From Phenylobacterium sp. (GTDB taxonomy: Bacteria; Pseudomonadota; Alphaproteobacteria; Caulobacterales; Caulobacteraceae): DNA of 64,000 nucleotides. The DNA is taken from the NCBI RefSeq assembly GCF_036495085.1, contig NZ_DASXNL010000008.1, positions 30,015 to 94,014 on the forward strand, read 5' to 3'. Every line of letters starts with the position of its first letter. Position 1 is the stretch's first letter. Below the pieces are notes generated by a model. It was given only the letters and a program-made list of their open reading frames with translations. It was not told the origin of the DNA and ran no database searches. The translations under genes were made by a program, and so were the position numbers. This document shows, piece by piece, positions 8,953 to 19,325 of this stretch.

Positions 8953-10758
8953 ATGAGCGCCATGGCCGACGAAGACCTCACCCGGGTGGAAGACCAACCG
9001 CCGGAACGTGATCCGAACACGGGGGACATGTTCGCAGGCGCGCCGAAGACGCCGAGCGATGGCGCCTCGGCGGCCTACACGGTCATCGCGCGCAAATACC
9101 GCCCCAAGACCTTCGACGACCTCTATGGCCAGGAGGCCATGGTTCGGACGCTGAAGAACGCCTTCGCCTCAGGGCGGATCGCGCACGCCTTCATGCTGAC
9201 CGGCGTGCGGGGCGTGGGAAAGACGACGACGGCGCGGTTGCTCGCGCGCGCCCTGAACTACGAGAGCGATACGGTCCATGAGCCCACGCTTGATCTGGCC
9301 GTCGAGGGCATCCACTGCGCGTCGATCATCGAGGGGCGGCACATGGACGTGCTGGAGCTCGACGCGGCGTCCCGCACCAAGGTCGACGAGATGCGCGAGC
9401 TCCTGGACGGGGTGCGCTATGCGCCCGTCTCGGCGCGCTACAAGGTCTACATCATCGACGAAGTGCACATGCTCTCGACGCAGTCGTTCAATGCGCTGCT
9501 GAAGACGCTCGAAGAGCCCCCGCCGCACGCCAAGTTCATCTTCGCGACCACCGAGATCCGCAAGGTGCCGGTGACCATCCTGTCGCGCACCCAGCGATTC
9601 GACCTGCGGCGCGTCGAGCCCGACGTGATCGTCAGGAACCTGGAGATGGTCTCCGAGGCGGAGGGCGCCCGCGTCGATGCCGACGGGCTGATGCTGATTG
9701 CGCGAGCCGCCGAGGGCTCGGTGCGCGATGCCCAGTCGATGCTCGATCAAGCCATAGTCCAGGCCGATCCGGGCCAGACCGTCACGGCAGCGACGATCCG
9801 TGACATGTTGGGCCTCGCCGACAGAGCCCAGACAATCGCCCTCTTTGAGCAGGTGATGCGCGGTGAGGCCGGGCCTGCGATCGAGACCTTCCGCACGCTC
9901 TACGGCTATGGAGCCAACCCCGACCAGGTGATGCTGGACCTCCTGGACCACTGCCACGGGGCGTCGGTGGCCAAGGCCGTCGGCCCGCAGGCGTTGATCA
10001 TGCCCAAGGACCAATCGGCCCGGCTCGCGGCCGTGGGATCGGCGGTGTCCGCCGGCGCCCTGTCCCGGCTGTGGCAACTCACGTTGAAAGCCTACGAGGA
10101 GGTGCGCCGTGCGCCTGACGCGGCCGCGGCCGTCGACATGGCGCTGATCCGCCTGGCCTACGCGGCCGATCTGCCGGGGCCGGAGGAGGCGCTGAAGCGG
10201 TTGCAGGCGGGAGATGCGCCGACTGGCGGTGGCGGCCCGGGCGGTCCCTCCGGCAGCGGAGCCGCAGCCTCGGGCGGAGGCGGGGCCCAGGCGGTGGCGC
10301 GGAGCTACGCGGCGCCTCAGCCGCAGTCCACGACGGAACCCGTCGCGACGCTGCACACCTTCGAGGAGATGCTGACGCTTATCGACCGCAAGCGCGACAT
10401 TTCCCTCAAACTCGATGTGGAGCGTTTTGTCAGGCCGATCAGCTTCCGGCCCGGCGCAATCGAGTATGAGCCCGCGCCCGGGGCCCCGGCCAACCTCGCC
10501 CAACGCCTGGTCGGACGGCTGAAAGAGTGGACCGGCGAGCGCTGGCTGATCGCCGCGCAGGGCGGGGGTGGGGCGGAGAGTCTATGGGAGCGCCAAAAGC
10601 GCGAGGAGCGTGAGGTCCGCGCCCGGATCGAGCAGGATCCCTTCGTGCTGTCGGTCATGCAGGCCTTCCCCGGCGCTGAGATCGTCAGCGTTCGAACCTT
10701 GCCGCAGCCCGCCGCGGCCGAGGGCGAAGTCTCCGAGGACGATGACGATGAGGATTAG
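8953..10758 (+). CDS. dnaX: DNA polymerase III subunit gamma/tau
   Basis: ARKYRP, GVRGVGKTT Walker A, IIDEVHML, SRTQRF. Confidence 0.97.
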   Translation: MSAMADEDLTRVEDQPPERDPNTGDMFAGAPKTPSDGASAAYTVIARKYRPKTFDDLYGQEAMVRTLKNAFASGRIAHAFMLTGVRGVGKTTTARLLARALNYESDTVHEPTLDLAVEGIHCASIIEGRHMDVLELDAASRTKVDEMRELLDGVRYAPVSARYKVYIIDEVHMLSTQSFNALLKTLEEPPPHAKFIFATTEIRKVPVTILSRTQRFDLRRVEPDVIVRNLEMVSEAEGARVDADGLMLIARAAEGSVRDAQSMLDQAIVQADPGQTVTAATIRDMLGLADRAQTIALFEQVMRGEAGPAIETFRTLYGYGANPDQVMLDLLDHCHGASVAKAVGPQALIMPKDQSARLAAVGSAVSAGALSRLWQLTLKAYEEVRRAPDAAAAVDMALIRLAYAADLPGPEEALKRLQAGDAPTGGGGPGGPSGSGAAASGGGGAQAVARSYAAPQPQSTTEPVATLHTFEEMLTLIDRKRDISLKLDVERFVRPISFRPGAIEYEPAPGAPANLAQRLVGRLKEWTGERWLIAAQGGGGAESLWERQKREEREVRARIEQDPFVLSVMQAFPGAEIVSVRTLPQPAAAEGEVSEDDDDED

Positions 10759-11173
10759 TCTCGGGACGAGCGCGATCGCCGCGGGGCTGGCACTGGCGCC
10801 CGCCGCGCTCGCCCAGGCGCCCCTGATCCATCAGGTGCTCCCCAACGACCCGCAGATGGCTCTGACGATGGCCACGGTCGACCTGCCGCCTGCCGGCGCG
10901 GGGCCGGTGACCACGGCAGGACAGGCCGGACATCGCCATCCTGCGGCCGTTTACGCCTATGTGGCGAAGGGCGCGGTGCTCTCTCGCCTGGGCGATGAGC
11001 CGGAGCGCCGGTACGGCGCTGGCGAGGCCTGGTCTGAGACGCCGCTGCAGCCGCATTATATTGTCAACGCCTCGAAGACCGAGCCCGCCCGTCTGGTGGT
11101 GGTGCTGATCTCCAAGGCGGACACCAAGACGCTTACGGAGGCGCTTCCGAAGGTGAAGGAGCTGGCGAAATGA
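10748..11173 (+). CDS. Secreted cupin-domain protein
   Basis: Signal peptide MRISLGTSAIAAGLALAPAALA-Q; HRHPAAVYAYVAKG and GEAWSETP..PH cupin motifs; overlaps dnaX stop and ybaB start. Confidence 0.8.
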   Translation: MRISLGTSAIAAGLALAPAALAQAPLIHQVLPNDPQMALTMATVDLPPAGAGPVTTAGQAGHRHPAAVYAYVAKGAVLSRLGDEPERRYGAGEAWSETPLQPHYIVNASKTEPARLVVVLISKADTKTLTEALPKVKELAK

Positions 11174-11490
11174 AGGATCTCTCCTCGCTGATGAAGCAGG
11201 CCCAGGCCATGCAGCAGAAGCTGGGCGAGGCCCAGGACAAGATCGCGGCCCTGGTTCTGGAAGGAACCGCCGGCGGTGGCATGGTCAAGGTCGCAATCAA
11301 GGGCACGGGCGAGCTCAGCCGGGTGGATATCGACGAGAGCCTGATGACGCCCGGCGAAGCCGAGATGGTCGCCGACCTCGTGATGGCCGCCCACGCCGAC
11401 GCCAAACGCCAGCTCGACGCCGCCCAGGCTGACCTGATGAAGGAGGCCGCGGGCCCCTTCGCCGGCATGCCTGGCATGCCGAAGTTCTGA
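11170..11490 (+). CDS. ybaB: YbaB/EbfC nucleoid-associated protein
   Basis: [27 protein letters not shown] motifs; position before recR. Confidence 0.95.
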   Translation: MKDLSSLMKQAQAMQQKLGEAQDKIAALVLEGTAGGGMVKVAIKGTGELSRVDIDESLMTPGEAEMVADLVMAAHADAKRQLDAAQADLMKEAAGPFAGMPGMPKF

Positions 11491-11491
11491 A

Positions 11492-12094
11492 TTGGCCGCT
11501 TCCGCCGGACCTGAGATCGAACGGCTTATCGGTCTGCTTGCCAAACTGCCGGGCCTCGGGCCGCGGTCGGCGAGGCGTGCGGCTCTGGCGCTGCTGAAGC
11601 GCCGGGAGCAACTGCTCAGCCCTCTGGCCGATGCGCTGTCCGAGGCGGCGGCGCGAGTGAAGGTCTGCTCGGTCTGCGGGTCGCTGGACACTCAGGATCC
11701 CTGCGCGATTTGCGCCGACGGCCATCGCGACGGGAGTCTGATCTGCGTCGTCGAGGAAGTCGGTGCGCTTTGGGCGATGGAGCGGGCCAGCGCATTCCGC
11801 GGCCGCTATCACGTGCTTGGCGGCCTGCTTTCGGCGCTGGACGGCGTCGGCCCCGAGGCCCTGCGGGTGAACGGCCTCGTATCCCGGGCGGCTTCAGGCG
11901 AGGTCCACGAGGTGATCCTGGCGTTGCCGGCCACCGTCGACGGCCAGACCACGGCGCATTACCTGGCGGATCGGCTGGGGCACGCAAACGTCGCGGTGAC
12001 GATGCTGGCGAGGGGCGTGCCGGTCGGCGGAGAACTCGATTGGCTCGACGACGGCACGATCGCCCAGGCGATGAGGGCGAGAAGGCCGGCCTAG
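11492..12094 (+). CDS. recR: Recombination protein RecR
   Basis: [11 protein letters not shown] HhH, CSVCG..DPCAIC Zn finger, toprim [14 protein letters not shown]. Confidence 0.97.
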   Translation: MAASAGPEIERLIGLLAKLPGLGPRSARRAALALLKRREQLLSPLADALSEAAARVKVCSVCGSLDTQDPCAICADGHRDGSLICVVEEVGALWAMERASAFRGRYHVLGGLLSALDGVGPEALRVNGLVSRAASGEVHEVILALPATVDGQTTAHYLADRLGHANVAVTMLARGVPVGGELDWLDDGTIAQAMRARRPA

Positions 12095-12263
12095 CAGTCC
12101 ACCTCGGCGGGGACGCCAGGATGGGAACCCTGAACCCATCGGATGGGCGCCACGTCCTGGGCCTTGCGGCCTTCGGTCTCCGCGAATCCTGCTTGCCGAG
12201 CTGCTTCCTGCGCCTCTGCGGGCGGCGGATGACAATCTAGCTCCGACTCACCGTGTGCGCTAA

Positions 12264-12278
12264 GAACGCAACATGAAC
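12264..12278 (+). promoter_or_regulatory. Alphaproteobacterial LexA (SOS) box
   Basis: Exact GAAC-GCAACAT-GAAC overlapping the rmuC ATG. Confidence 0.8.
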
Positions 12279-13490
12279 GGCTTGGTTGTCGCCACTATCG
12301 GGTTCGCGCTAACCGCGCTCGCCGCCATCGTCTGGGCGATGAAGGAGCGGCTGCGCGCAGCTGCGGCTGAGTTACGGGTCGAGATGTTGCGCGAGCAGAC
12401 GGACCTGGTCCGCGCGCAGGTCACCCAGTCGGCGACCGGCGTCGCCGAGGCGATCCTCAAACGGAACGAGGAGGCGATCCACAGTCGCGAGCAGTTCGCC
12501 CAGGCGCGGCTGGAGGCGCAGCTCAAACCGGTGGCCGAGAGCCTGCAGAAATTCCAGGAACATGTGGCGCTGGTGGAGAAGGCCCGGGTCGAGGAGACCG
12601 GCGGGCTGAAGGAACAGATCGCGGCATTGCTCAACGCCTCGGCGGCGACTCAGGACGAGGCGCGCAAGCTCTCGGCGGCGCTTAGGCGTGGAGCGGGCGT
12701 GCAGGGGCGATGGGGCGAACAGACCCTGCGCAACGTGCTGGAGGCCGCCGGGCTGGCGCATCGTTTCGACTTCAATGAGCAGGCCAGCACCGACACCGAG
12801 GAGGGTCGGCGTCGGCCCGACGTCACCGTGCGCCTGCCGGGCGGCGGCGTCTTCGTGATCGACGCCAAGTGCTCGCTGAACGCTTTCCTGGAGATGCAGG
12901 ACGCGGCCGATGAGGCAACCCGCGAGGCTTGTGGGTTGCGCCACGTGCAGAGCGTGCGCGGTCACGTCCAAGGGCTCTCGGCCAAGGCCTACTGGGACCA
13001 GTTCGAGAACTCGCCGGATTTTGTGGCGATGTTCGTGCCCCTGGACTCGGCGATGGCCGCGGCGCTGGAGCGCGCGCCCGACCTGATGACCGAAGCCATG
13101 GACCGCCGCGTGGTGATCGTCACGCCGACGACACTCTTCGCGCTCTGCAAGGCGGTGGTTTATGGCTGGCGGGTCGAGGAGCAGGCGGCCAACGCCCAGA
13201 AGATCGCCGAGCTGGGGCGCGAGCTTTACAAGCGCATAGCCGTGATGGGCGGCCATGCCGGCGGTCTCGGCAAGGCCCTCGAAACCGCGGTGGCGAAATA
13301 CAATCAGTTCGTGGGCTCGCTGGAGACCCAGGTGCTGACCCAGGCCCGACGCTTCGAGGACCTGAAGGTCGACCATGAAGGCCGTGCGGTCACCCAACTT
13401 GAGCCGCTCGATACCGCGGTGCGTCCGCTGACCAAGCTGTCCCCCGAAACGCCGCCGCAGGTGCGCCTCGTGGCCGGTGACGAGGCCTGA
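12273..13490 (+). CDS. rmuC: DNA recombination protein RmuC
   Basis: N-terminal TM and coiled coil; RGRWGE-like QGRWGEQTL, RPDVTVRLP, VIDAKCSL, PDFVAMFVP. Confidence 0.93.
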   Translation: MNGLVVATIGFALTALAAIVWAMKERLRAAAAELRVEMLREQTDLVRAQVTQSATGVAEAILKRNEEAIHSREQFAQARLEAQLKPVAESLQKFQEHVALVEKARVEETGGLKEQIAALLNASAATQDEARKLSAALRRGAGVQGRWGEQTLRNVLEAAGLAHRFDFNEQASTDTEEGRRRPDVTVRLPGGGVFVIDAKCSLNAFLEMQDAADEATREACGLRHVQSVRGHVQGLSAKAYWDQFENSPDFVAMFVPLDSAMAAALERAPDLMTEAMDRRVVIVTPTTLFALCKAVVYGWRVEEQAANAQKIAELGRELYKRIAVMGGHAGGLGKALETAVAKYNQFVGSLETQVLTQARRFEDLKVDHEGRAVTQLEPLDTAVRPLTKLSPETPPQVRLVAGDEA

Positions 13491-13543
13491 GGCGCTTCGT
13501 CTCGCGTCTTGACGGTCGGCTGTAGCAATCCTACGTCCGCGCC

Positions 13544-14053
13544 ATGGCCATCCGAGAGATCCTTGTCGTTCCCGATCCCGTCCTTAAGAAGGTCTCGGCG
13601 ACCGTCGAACGCGTCGATGACGCCCTGCGCGCGCTCATGGACGACATGCTCGAGACCATGTACGCGGCGCCCGGCATTGGCCTGGCCGCGATCCAGATCG
13701 GCGTCCCCCAGCGGGTGATCGTCATGGACATCTCGCGCCAGGAAGAGCCGCCGGCGCCCCGCTATTTCGTCAATCCGGAGATACTCTGGGCGTCCGAAGA
13801 GACCCTGCCCTATGAGGAGGGATGTCTGTCGGTGCCGGAGATCTACGATGAGGTCGAACGTCCCGCGCGGGTGAAGCTGCGTTACCTGGACTATAAGGGC
13901 GAGACCATCGAGGAAGATGCCGAGGGCCTGTTCGCGGTCTGCATCCAGCACGAGATGGACCATCTGGACGGCGTGTTGTTCATCGATCATCTCTCGCGCC
14001 TGAAACGCGAGCAGGCGGTCAAAAAGGTGAAGAAGCAGGCCAAGGCGGCCTGA
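13544..14053 (+). CDS. def: Peptide deformylase
   Basis: [13 protein letters not shown] and QHEMDHL motifs. Confidence 0.97.
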   Translation: MAIREILVVPDPVLKKVSATVERVDDALRALMDDMLETMYAAPGIGLAAIQIGVPQRVIVMDISRQEEPPAPRYFVNPEILWASEETLPYEEGCLSVPEIYDEVERPARVKLRYLDYKGETIEEDAEGLFAVCIQHEMDHLDGVLFIDHLSRLKREQAVKKVKKQAKAA

Positions 14054-14098
14054 GAGACGACCCCGTCAGCGTCAGCCCTCGGCGCTGAAGCCCGGGAT

Positions 14099-14416
14099 CT
14101 ATCGCTTCGTGGCGTTGTCGGCGGCTTTGTCCAAGGCGTCGCTGGTCTTTTGGGCTGCGGTCTGGGCGTCCGCCTTCAGCTTGTCGCCGGCCTGATCGGC
14201 GGCCACCTTGGTCTTGGCGGCGGCTTCACTGGCGCCTTGTTTGATGTCCGAGCCGAGGTCCTTGACGGCCGGCGTCGCGGCGACGTCCTTGGCGGCCTGT
14301 CCGACCTGAGAGCCGACGGATTTGAGATCGTCTGTTGTCTTCTCCTGGGTCGGCTTTGAGCAGGCGGCGACAGCCAGCCAGAGGCCCAGAATGACCGCGA
14401 GGTGCGAGTTGCGCAT
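14099..14416 (-). CDS. Small Ala/Lys/Asp-rich lipoprotein
   Basis: Lipobox LAVAA-C; helical repeat-like body; RBS GAAGGAG upstream. Confidence 0.8.
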   Translation of the reverse strand: MRNSHLAVILGLWLAVAACSKPTQEKTTDDLKSVGSQVGQAAKDVAATPAVKDLGSDIKQGASEAAAKTKVAADQAGDKLKADAQTAAQKTSDALDKAADNATKR

Positions 14417-14438
14417 ACGGGGCTCCTTCGAATCGCCA

Positions 14439-14453
14439 TTAACTAACTGTTAA
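14439..14453. promoter_or_regulatory. Perfect CtrA box
   Basis: TTAA-CTAACTG-TTAA, 23-37 nt upstream of the lipoprotein start and between it and fmt. Confidence 0.85.
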
Positions 14454-14512
14454 GCTTATCCGAAGTTCCCGGGCTTTGCGCGCGGACTCCCCTGCAGGTA
14501 GAACCGGCGCAC

Positions 14513-15439
14513 ATGCGCATCGCTTTCCTTGGGACCCCCGACTTCGCGCTCGCCGCCCTGCGCCGCATCGTCGAGGCCGGGCATGACGTCGCCTGCGTCT
14601 ATTCCCAGCCGCCGTCGCCGCGCGGCCGCGGGCAGGTGTTGAAGCTCTCTCCAGTGCACGCGTTCGCCGCCGAGCAGGGCCTGCGGGTCCGCACGCCCGT
14701 CTCCATGCGCGACCCGGCCGAGATCGACGCCTTCGAAGCGCTCGGGCTCGACGCGGCCGCGGTGGTGGCGTTTGGCCAGATCCTGCCCGGCGCGGTGCTC
14801 GACGCTCCGCGGCTGGGATCTTTCAACCTGCACGGCTCGCTGTTGCCCCGCTGGCGTGGCGCGGCCCCAATCCAGCGGGCCATCATGGCCGGCGATCCGG
14901 TGACCGGCGTCGAAGTCATGCGGATGACCGAAGGCCTGGACGAAGGCCCCGTGCTGGCGAGCGAGAGCTTGCGCATCGGCCCGCTGGACACCACCGGTAC
15001 ATTGCATGACCGGATGGCTGCGGTGGGGGCCGAGCTGCTGTCGCGGACCCTGGCGGACATTGAGCGCGGGGTCGCGCGCGAAACGCCCCAGGCCACCGAC
15101 GGCGTGATTTACGCCAAGAAGATCCGGGCTAGGGAAGCCAGGATCGCCTGGACGAAGCCGGCCGCAGAGATCGACCGCAAGATTCGCGGGCTCTCGCCGT
15201 TCCCGGGCGCCTGGTTTCAGCTCCCCACCGACAAGGGCCCCGTCCGGGTGAAAGTCCTGCTCTCCGCCTTCGAAGAGGCAAGCGGCGAGCCCGGCGAAGT
15301 GCTCGATGACCGGCTGCTGGTCGCAACAGGGGAGGGGGCCGTGCGGCTGCTTCGAGTCCAGCGCGAAGGGCGGGGACCGCAGGACGTGGAGGCGTTTCTG
15401 CGCGGCCAGCCGGTGGCCAGCGGGACCCTGCTCAGCTGA
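14513..15439 (+). CDS. fmt: Methionyl-tRNA formyltransferase
   Basis: [35 protein letters not shown]. Confidence 0.97.
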   Translation: MRIAFLGTPDFALAALRRIVEAGHDVACVYSQPPSPRGRGQVLKLSPVHAFAAEQGLRVRTPVSMRDPAEIDAFEALGLDAAAVVAFGQILPGAVLDAPRLGSFNLHGSLLPRWRGAAPIQRAIMAGDPVTGVEVMRMTEGLDEGPVLASESLRIGPLDTTGTLHDRMAAVGAELLSRTLADIERGVARETPQATDGVIYAKKIRAREARIAWTKPAAEIDRKIRGLSPFPGAWFQLPTDKGPVRVKVLLSAFEEASGEPGEVLDDRLLVATGEGAVRLLRVQREGRGPQDVEAFLRGQPVASGTLLS

Positions 15440-16185
15440 TGCCGCGCTACAAACTCATCCTGGAATACGACGGCGGGCCCTACTGCGGCTTTCAGGCCCA
15501 GGCGAATGCGCCGAGCGTGCAGGCATCCCTGGAACGGGCGGTCAAGGCGTTCTGCGGCCAAACGCTGCGCGTGGCCGCCGCTGGGCGCACCGACACCGGG
15601 GTTCACGCCACGGGACAGGTGGTTCATGTCGACCTCGAGAAGGACTGGCCGGCGGAGACGGTGCGCAAGGCCCTCAACGCTCACCTTCGGCCCGAGCCGA
15701 TTGTCGTGTTGACCGCCGAAGTGGCGCCGGAGGGCTGGCATGCGCGGTTCTCGGCGATCGAGCGGCGGTACCGCTACCGCATCCTGAACCGCCCGAGCCC
15801 GCCGGGCCTGGACCAGGGTCATGTCTGGCATGTGAAGGCGCCGCTGGACGCGCAGGCCATGCACGCCGCAGCCCAGGCCCTGGTCGGTCACCACGACTTC
15901 ACCACCTTCCGCGACCTGGCTTGCCAGGCGAAGTCTCCATTGAAGACGCTGGACGTGGCCGATGTGCGCCGCGAGGCCGATGAGGTTGTGCTGATCTTCG
16001 AGGCCCGCTCTTTCCTGCACCGCCAGGTCCGCTCGATGACGGGTTCGATTGCCGAGGTGGGGCTCGGCCGCTGGACAGCTGAAGACCTGAAAGCCGCGCT
16101 CAAGGCGAAGGACCGCAAGACCTGCGGCCCGGTAGCGCCGGCCGACGGGCTATATCTGACGGGCGTGAGCTATCCGCCGGCTTGA
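15439..16185 (+). CDS. truA: tRNA pseudouridine(38-40) synthase
   Basis: EYDG..GFQ.Q, AGRTDTGVHA, FLHRQVRSM. Confidence 0.97.
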   Translation: MPRYKLILEYDGGPYCGFQAQANAPSVQASLERAVKAFCGQTLRVAAAGRTDTGVHATGQVVHVDLEKDWPAETVRKALNAHLRPEPIVVLTAEVAPEGWHARFSAIERRYRYRILNRPSPPGLDQGHVWHVKAPLDAQAMHAAAQALVGHHDFTTFRDLACQAKSPLKTLDVADVRREADEVVLIFEARSFLHRQVRSMTGSIAEVGLGRWTAEDLKAALKAKDRKTCGPVAPADGLYLTGVSYPPA

Positions 16186-16238
16186 GTTCCAGCACGTCGA
16201 GGAACCCTCAGCCAGCTTCGCTGGCAGCTGCTGAACGA

Positions 16239-17402
16239 TCAGGAGCCGGTGGTCTGCTCGGCGGAGAAGGTTTGGAAGTAGCGCTCGATCAGCCGTTCGT
16301 AGACCGCCTGCAGTTGCAGGATCTCGGCCACCGGCGCGCGTTCGTCGACCTGGTGCATGGTCCTGCCGACGAGGCCGAGCTCCACAACCGGACACAGCGC
16401 GCGGATGAAGCGGGCGTCGGACGTCCCGCCGGTGGTGGAAAGCTCCGGCGCGCGGCCGGCGGCGTCGTAGACCGCGCCCGCCACCACATCGGTGAATGGA
16501 CCCGGCTCGGTCAGGAAGGCCTCGCCACTGATCTGGGGGACGACGACGACGGTCCCGGCGAAACCTTGAGCCTCCGCCGCGGCCTCGTTTTCGATCCAGC
16601 GGGCCAGGTCGGCGCCGGTGTGGCGCGGATTGAACCGGATGTTGACCCGCGCCCTGGCGATCCCGGGGATCACGTTGGTGGCCGTATTGGGGACGTCGAT
16701 CTGGGTGATTTCCAGGTTCGATGGCTGGAATTCGGGATAGCCGTTGTCCAGCTGGCGCTCCTGCAGGCGCAGCAGCAGCCGCAGCAACACCGGAACCGGG
16801 TTGGCGGCGCGGTGCGGATAGGCGACGTGGCCCTGGACACCCTCGACGGTGATCTCGGCGTTGATCGAACCGCGGCGACCCACCTTGATCATGTCGCCGA
16901 AGACCTCGCTGGAGGTGGGTTCCCCAACGACGCAATGGTCAATCACTTCGTCCTCGATATCCAGCGCCTCAACGACCATTTTTGTGCCGTGAGTGGCCAC
17001 GCCCTCCTCGTCGCCGGTGATCAGGAACGAAAGCGATCCCGCGACCTGGCCCGCGTCGATAGCCTTGGCGGCCGCGGCGGCGAATGCGGCGATGGCCGAC
17101 TTCATATCAACGGCGCCGCGTCCGATCATGACGCCGTCCACGACCTGGGCGTCGAAGGCGCCCTGGCTCCACGCCGTCACATCCCCCACCGGCACGACGT
17201 CGGTGTGGCCTGCGAAGCAGAGATTGGGGCTTTCGGTCCCATAGCGGGCGTAAAGGTTCTCGATCTCGCCGAACAGCATACGGCGGCATGTGAAGCCAAG
17301 GCCGCGCAGGGTCTGCTCGACGATGTCCATGGCCCCGGCGTCGGCAGGGGTCACCGATGGGCGGCGGATGAGCTCGCGCGTTAGCTCGATGGCGTCGATC
17401 AT
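16239..17402 (-). CDS. dapE: Succinyl-diaminopimelate desuccinylase
   Basis: FAGHTDVVP, GRGAVDMKS, TGDEEG, GRRGS, QGHVAYPH, GGTSDARF. Confidence 0.96.
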   Translation of the reverse strand: MIDAIELTRELIRRPSVTPADAGAMDIVEQTLRGLGFTCRRMLFGEIENLYARYGTESPNLCFAGHTDVVPVGDVTAWSQGAFDAQVVDGVMIGRGAVDMKSAIAAFAAAAAKAIDAGQVAGSLSFLITGDEEGVATHGTKMVVEALDIEDEVIDHCVVGEPTSSEVFGDMIKVGRRGSINAEITVEGVQGHVAYPHRAANPVPVLLRLLLRLQERQLDNGYPEFQPSNLEITQIDVPNTATNVIPGIARARVNIRFNPRHTGADLARWIENEAAAEAQGFAGTVVVVPQISGEAFLTEPGPFTDVVAGAVYDAAGRAPELSTTGGTSDARFIRALCPVVELGLVGRTMHQVDERAPVAEILQLQAVYERLIERYFQTFSAEQTTGS

Positions 17403-17447
17403 GGCGGCGCTTTATCCTGCAATGGTCGTTCAGGCGAGAGGCGAGGC

Positions 17448-17909
17448 ATGCCTAAGATCGAGGTCGAGGCGCTGGAGCTGCGCTCGGGGTGCAATTATCC
17501 GCCACCGTTTGCCGAGGTCTGCCTGGGCTCCACCTGGCGCAAGCTCGGCGACGCAGCCGATCTGACCGACTTCGGCGTGAACCTGGTGCGGCTGGCGCCT
17601 GGCAGGTGGTCGAGCCAGCGGCACTGGCATACCCACGAGGACGAGCTGGTCTACCTGCTGGCTGGCGAGGTGGTATTGGTGGAAAACGACGGCGAGCAGG
17701 TCCTGAAGCCGGGCGACTGCGCGGCCTGGAAGGCGGGCTCTCCGAACGGCCACTGCCTGCAAAACCATAGTGACCACGATGCGATCTATCTCGAGATCGG
17801 CTCCCGGCGGCCGGAGATCGACGCCTGCGACTATCCGGACATCGACATGGTGGCGCGGCCGATGGAACGCTTCTACCGCCACCGGGACGGGACGCCGTAC
17901 GAGCCTTAA
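17448..17909 (+). CDS. Cupin-domain protein (COG3837-like), copy 1
   Basis: FGVNLVRL.PG.WSSQRHWHTHEDE and NGHCLQN motifs. Confidence 0.88.
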   Translation: MPKIEVEALELRSGCNYPPPFAEVCLGSTWRKLGDAADLTDFGVNLVRLAPGRWSSQRHWHTHEDELVYLLAGEVVLVENDGEQVLKPGDCAAWKAGSPNGHCLQNHSDHDAIYLEIGSRRPEIDACDYPDIDMVARPMERFYRHRDGTPYEP

Positions 17910-17985
17910 CCTTGATCGCATCGATCAATCTCGCCGCGGGCGGGACGCAACGGTAGGCTCCGGGCCTCTCCGGAGGGAACCTGCC

Positions 17986-18468
17986 ATGCCCAAGATCGAT
18001 ATCGACGCTGCGCCCACCCGCTTCGGCACAGGGTATCCGCCGCCCTATGACGCGCCGTGCCTGGATCGTAGGCGCTGGAAGCTTGGCGATGCGGCGGGCT
18101 TGACCCAGTTCGGAGTCAATCTGCAGCGGCTGGCGCCTGGCGTCTGGTCGAGCCAGCGGCACTGGCATACGGCCGAGGACGAGTTCGTCTGGGTGCTCTC
18201 GGGCGAGGTGGTGCTGGTCACCGACGAGGGCGAACAGGTATTGAAGGCGGGCGACTGCGCGGGCTTTCCGGCCGGCGCGCCCAACGGCCACCATCTGCAA
18301 AACCGCTCGGACGCCGAGGCAGTCCTGCTCGAAGTGGGCTCGCGCCGGGAAGCGGAGGACGGCTGCGACTACCCGGATATCGACCTGACGCTGGTCCCCG
18401 GCGAGACCGAGTACCGCCACAAGGACGGTACGCCGTACACGGACACACGAACGGCGCGAAGCCGGTGA
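17986..18468 (+). CDS. Cupin-domain protein (COG3837-like), copy 2
   Basis: SSQRHWHTAEDE and NGHHLQN; paralog of 17448-17909; RBS GGAGGG before ATG 17986. Confidence 0.88.
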   Translation: MPKIDIDAAPTRFGTGYPPPYDAPCLDRRRWKLGDAAGLTQFGVNLQRLAPGVWSSQRHWHTAEDEFVWVLSGEVVLVTDEGEQVLKAGDCAGFPAGAPNGHHLQNRSDAEAVLLEVGSRREAEDGCDYPDIDLTLVPGETEYRHKDGTPYTDTRTARSR

Positions 18469-18497
18469 TGACGGGTCGGCTCGCTCTTGCCGGCGGC

Positions 18498-19325
18498 TCA
18501 GTCCCGGAGCAGCTCGTTGATGCTCGTCTTCGAACGCGTGCGCTCGTCCACCGTCTTCATGATCACCGCGCAATAGGTGGATGGCATGCCCTCGTGGGGG
18601 CTGGGGCGTGAGCCGGACATGATCACCGAATAGGGTGGCACCTCGCCGGTGATCACCGCCCCGGTCTTTCGGTCAACGATGGGGGTCGTGGAGGTTAGGT
18701 AGACGCCCATCGAGAGCACCGAGCCCTCGCGCACGATAACACCCTCAGCGACCTCCGAGCGGGCGCCGATGAAGCAGTTGTCCTCGATGATCGTTGGGTT
18801 TGCCTGAAGGGGCTCCAGGACGCCGCCGATGCCGGCCCCGCCGGAGATGTGGCAATGCTTGCCGATCTGGGCGCAGGAGCCGACGGTGGCCCAGGTGTCG
18901 ACCATCGTGCCTTCGTCGACGTAGGCGCCAATATTGACGAACGAGGGCGTCAGCACCGCGCCCCTGGCGATGAACGAGCCCTTGCGGACAACCGTGCCCG
19001 GCAGACAGCGGAAGCCCGCAGCCTCAAAGCGCGCGGCGTCCCAGCCGGTGAATTTCAGCGGGACCTTATCCCAGTAGGGGCCGGGCGCATCAGCCTGGAC
19101 AAGGCTGTTGGGCGTCAGGCGAAAGAACAGGAGGATCGCCTGCTTGGCCCACTGGTGGGTGACCCACTGGCCGTCGGCCTCGCGGGTGGCGACGCGCAGG
19201 GTCCCGGCGTCCAGACGCTCGATGGTTTCCAGGACGGCCTCACGCACGCGACCTTTGGTGGCTTGGGTGACGGCTTCGCGATCCTCCCAGGCGGCCTCGA
19301 TCACGTGCTTCAGATCATCTGACAT
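18498..19325 (-). CDS. dapD: Tetrahydrodipicolinate N-succinyltransferase
   Basis: [43 protein letters not shown]. Confidence 0.97.
   Translation of the reverse strand: MSDDLKHVIEAAWEDREAVTQATKGRVREAVLETIERLDAGTLRVATREADGQWVTHQWAKQAILLFFRLTPNSLVQADAPGPYWDKVPLKFTGWDAARFEAAGFRCLPGTVVRKGSFIARGAVLTPSFVNIGAYVDEGTMVDTWATVGSCAQIGKHCHISGGAGIGGVLEPLQANPTIIEDNCFIGARSEVAEGVIVREGSVLSMGVYLTSTTPIVDRKTGAVITGEVPPYSVIMSGSRPSPHEGMPSTYCAVIMKTVDERTRSKTSINELLRD

Noticed and set aside
8953-10758. Programmed frameshift producing a gamma subunit, and the missing C4 zinc motif in dnaX
   Set aside because: No A-AAA-AAG or poly-A slippery site was seen; the reduced Cys motif is typical of alphaproteobacterial DnaX
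17912-17928. TTGAT...ATCAA as FNR/FixK box
   Set aside because: The spacer is 7 nt, not 4
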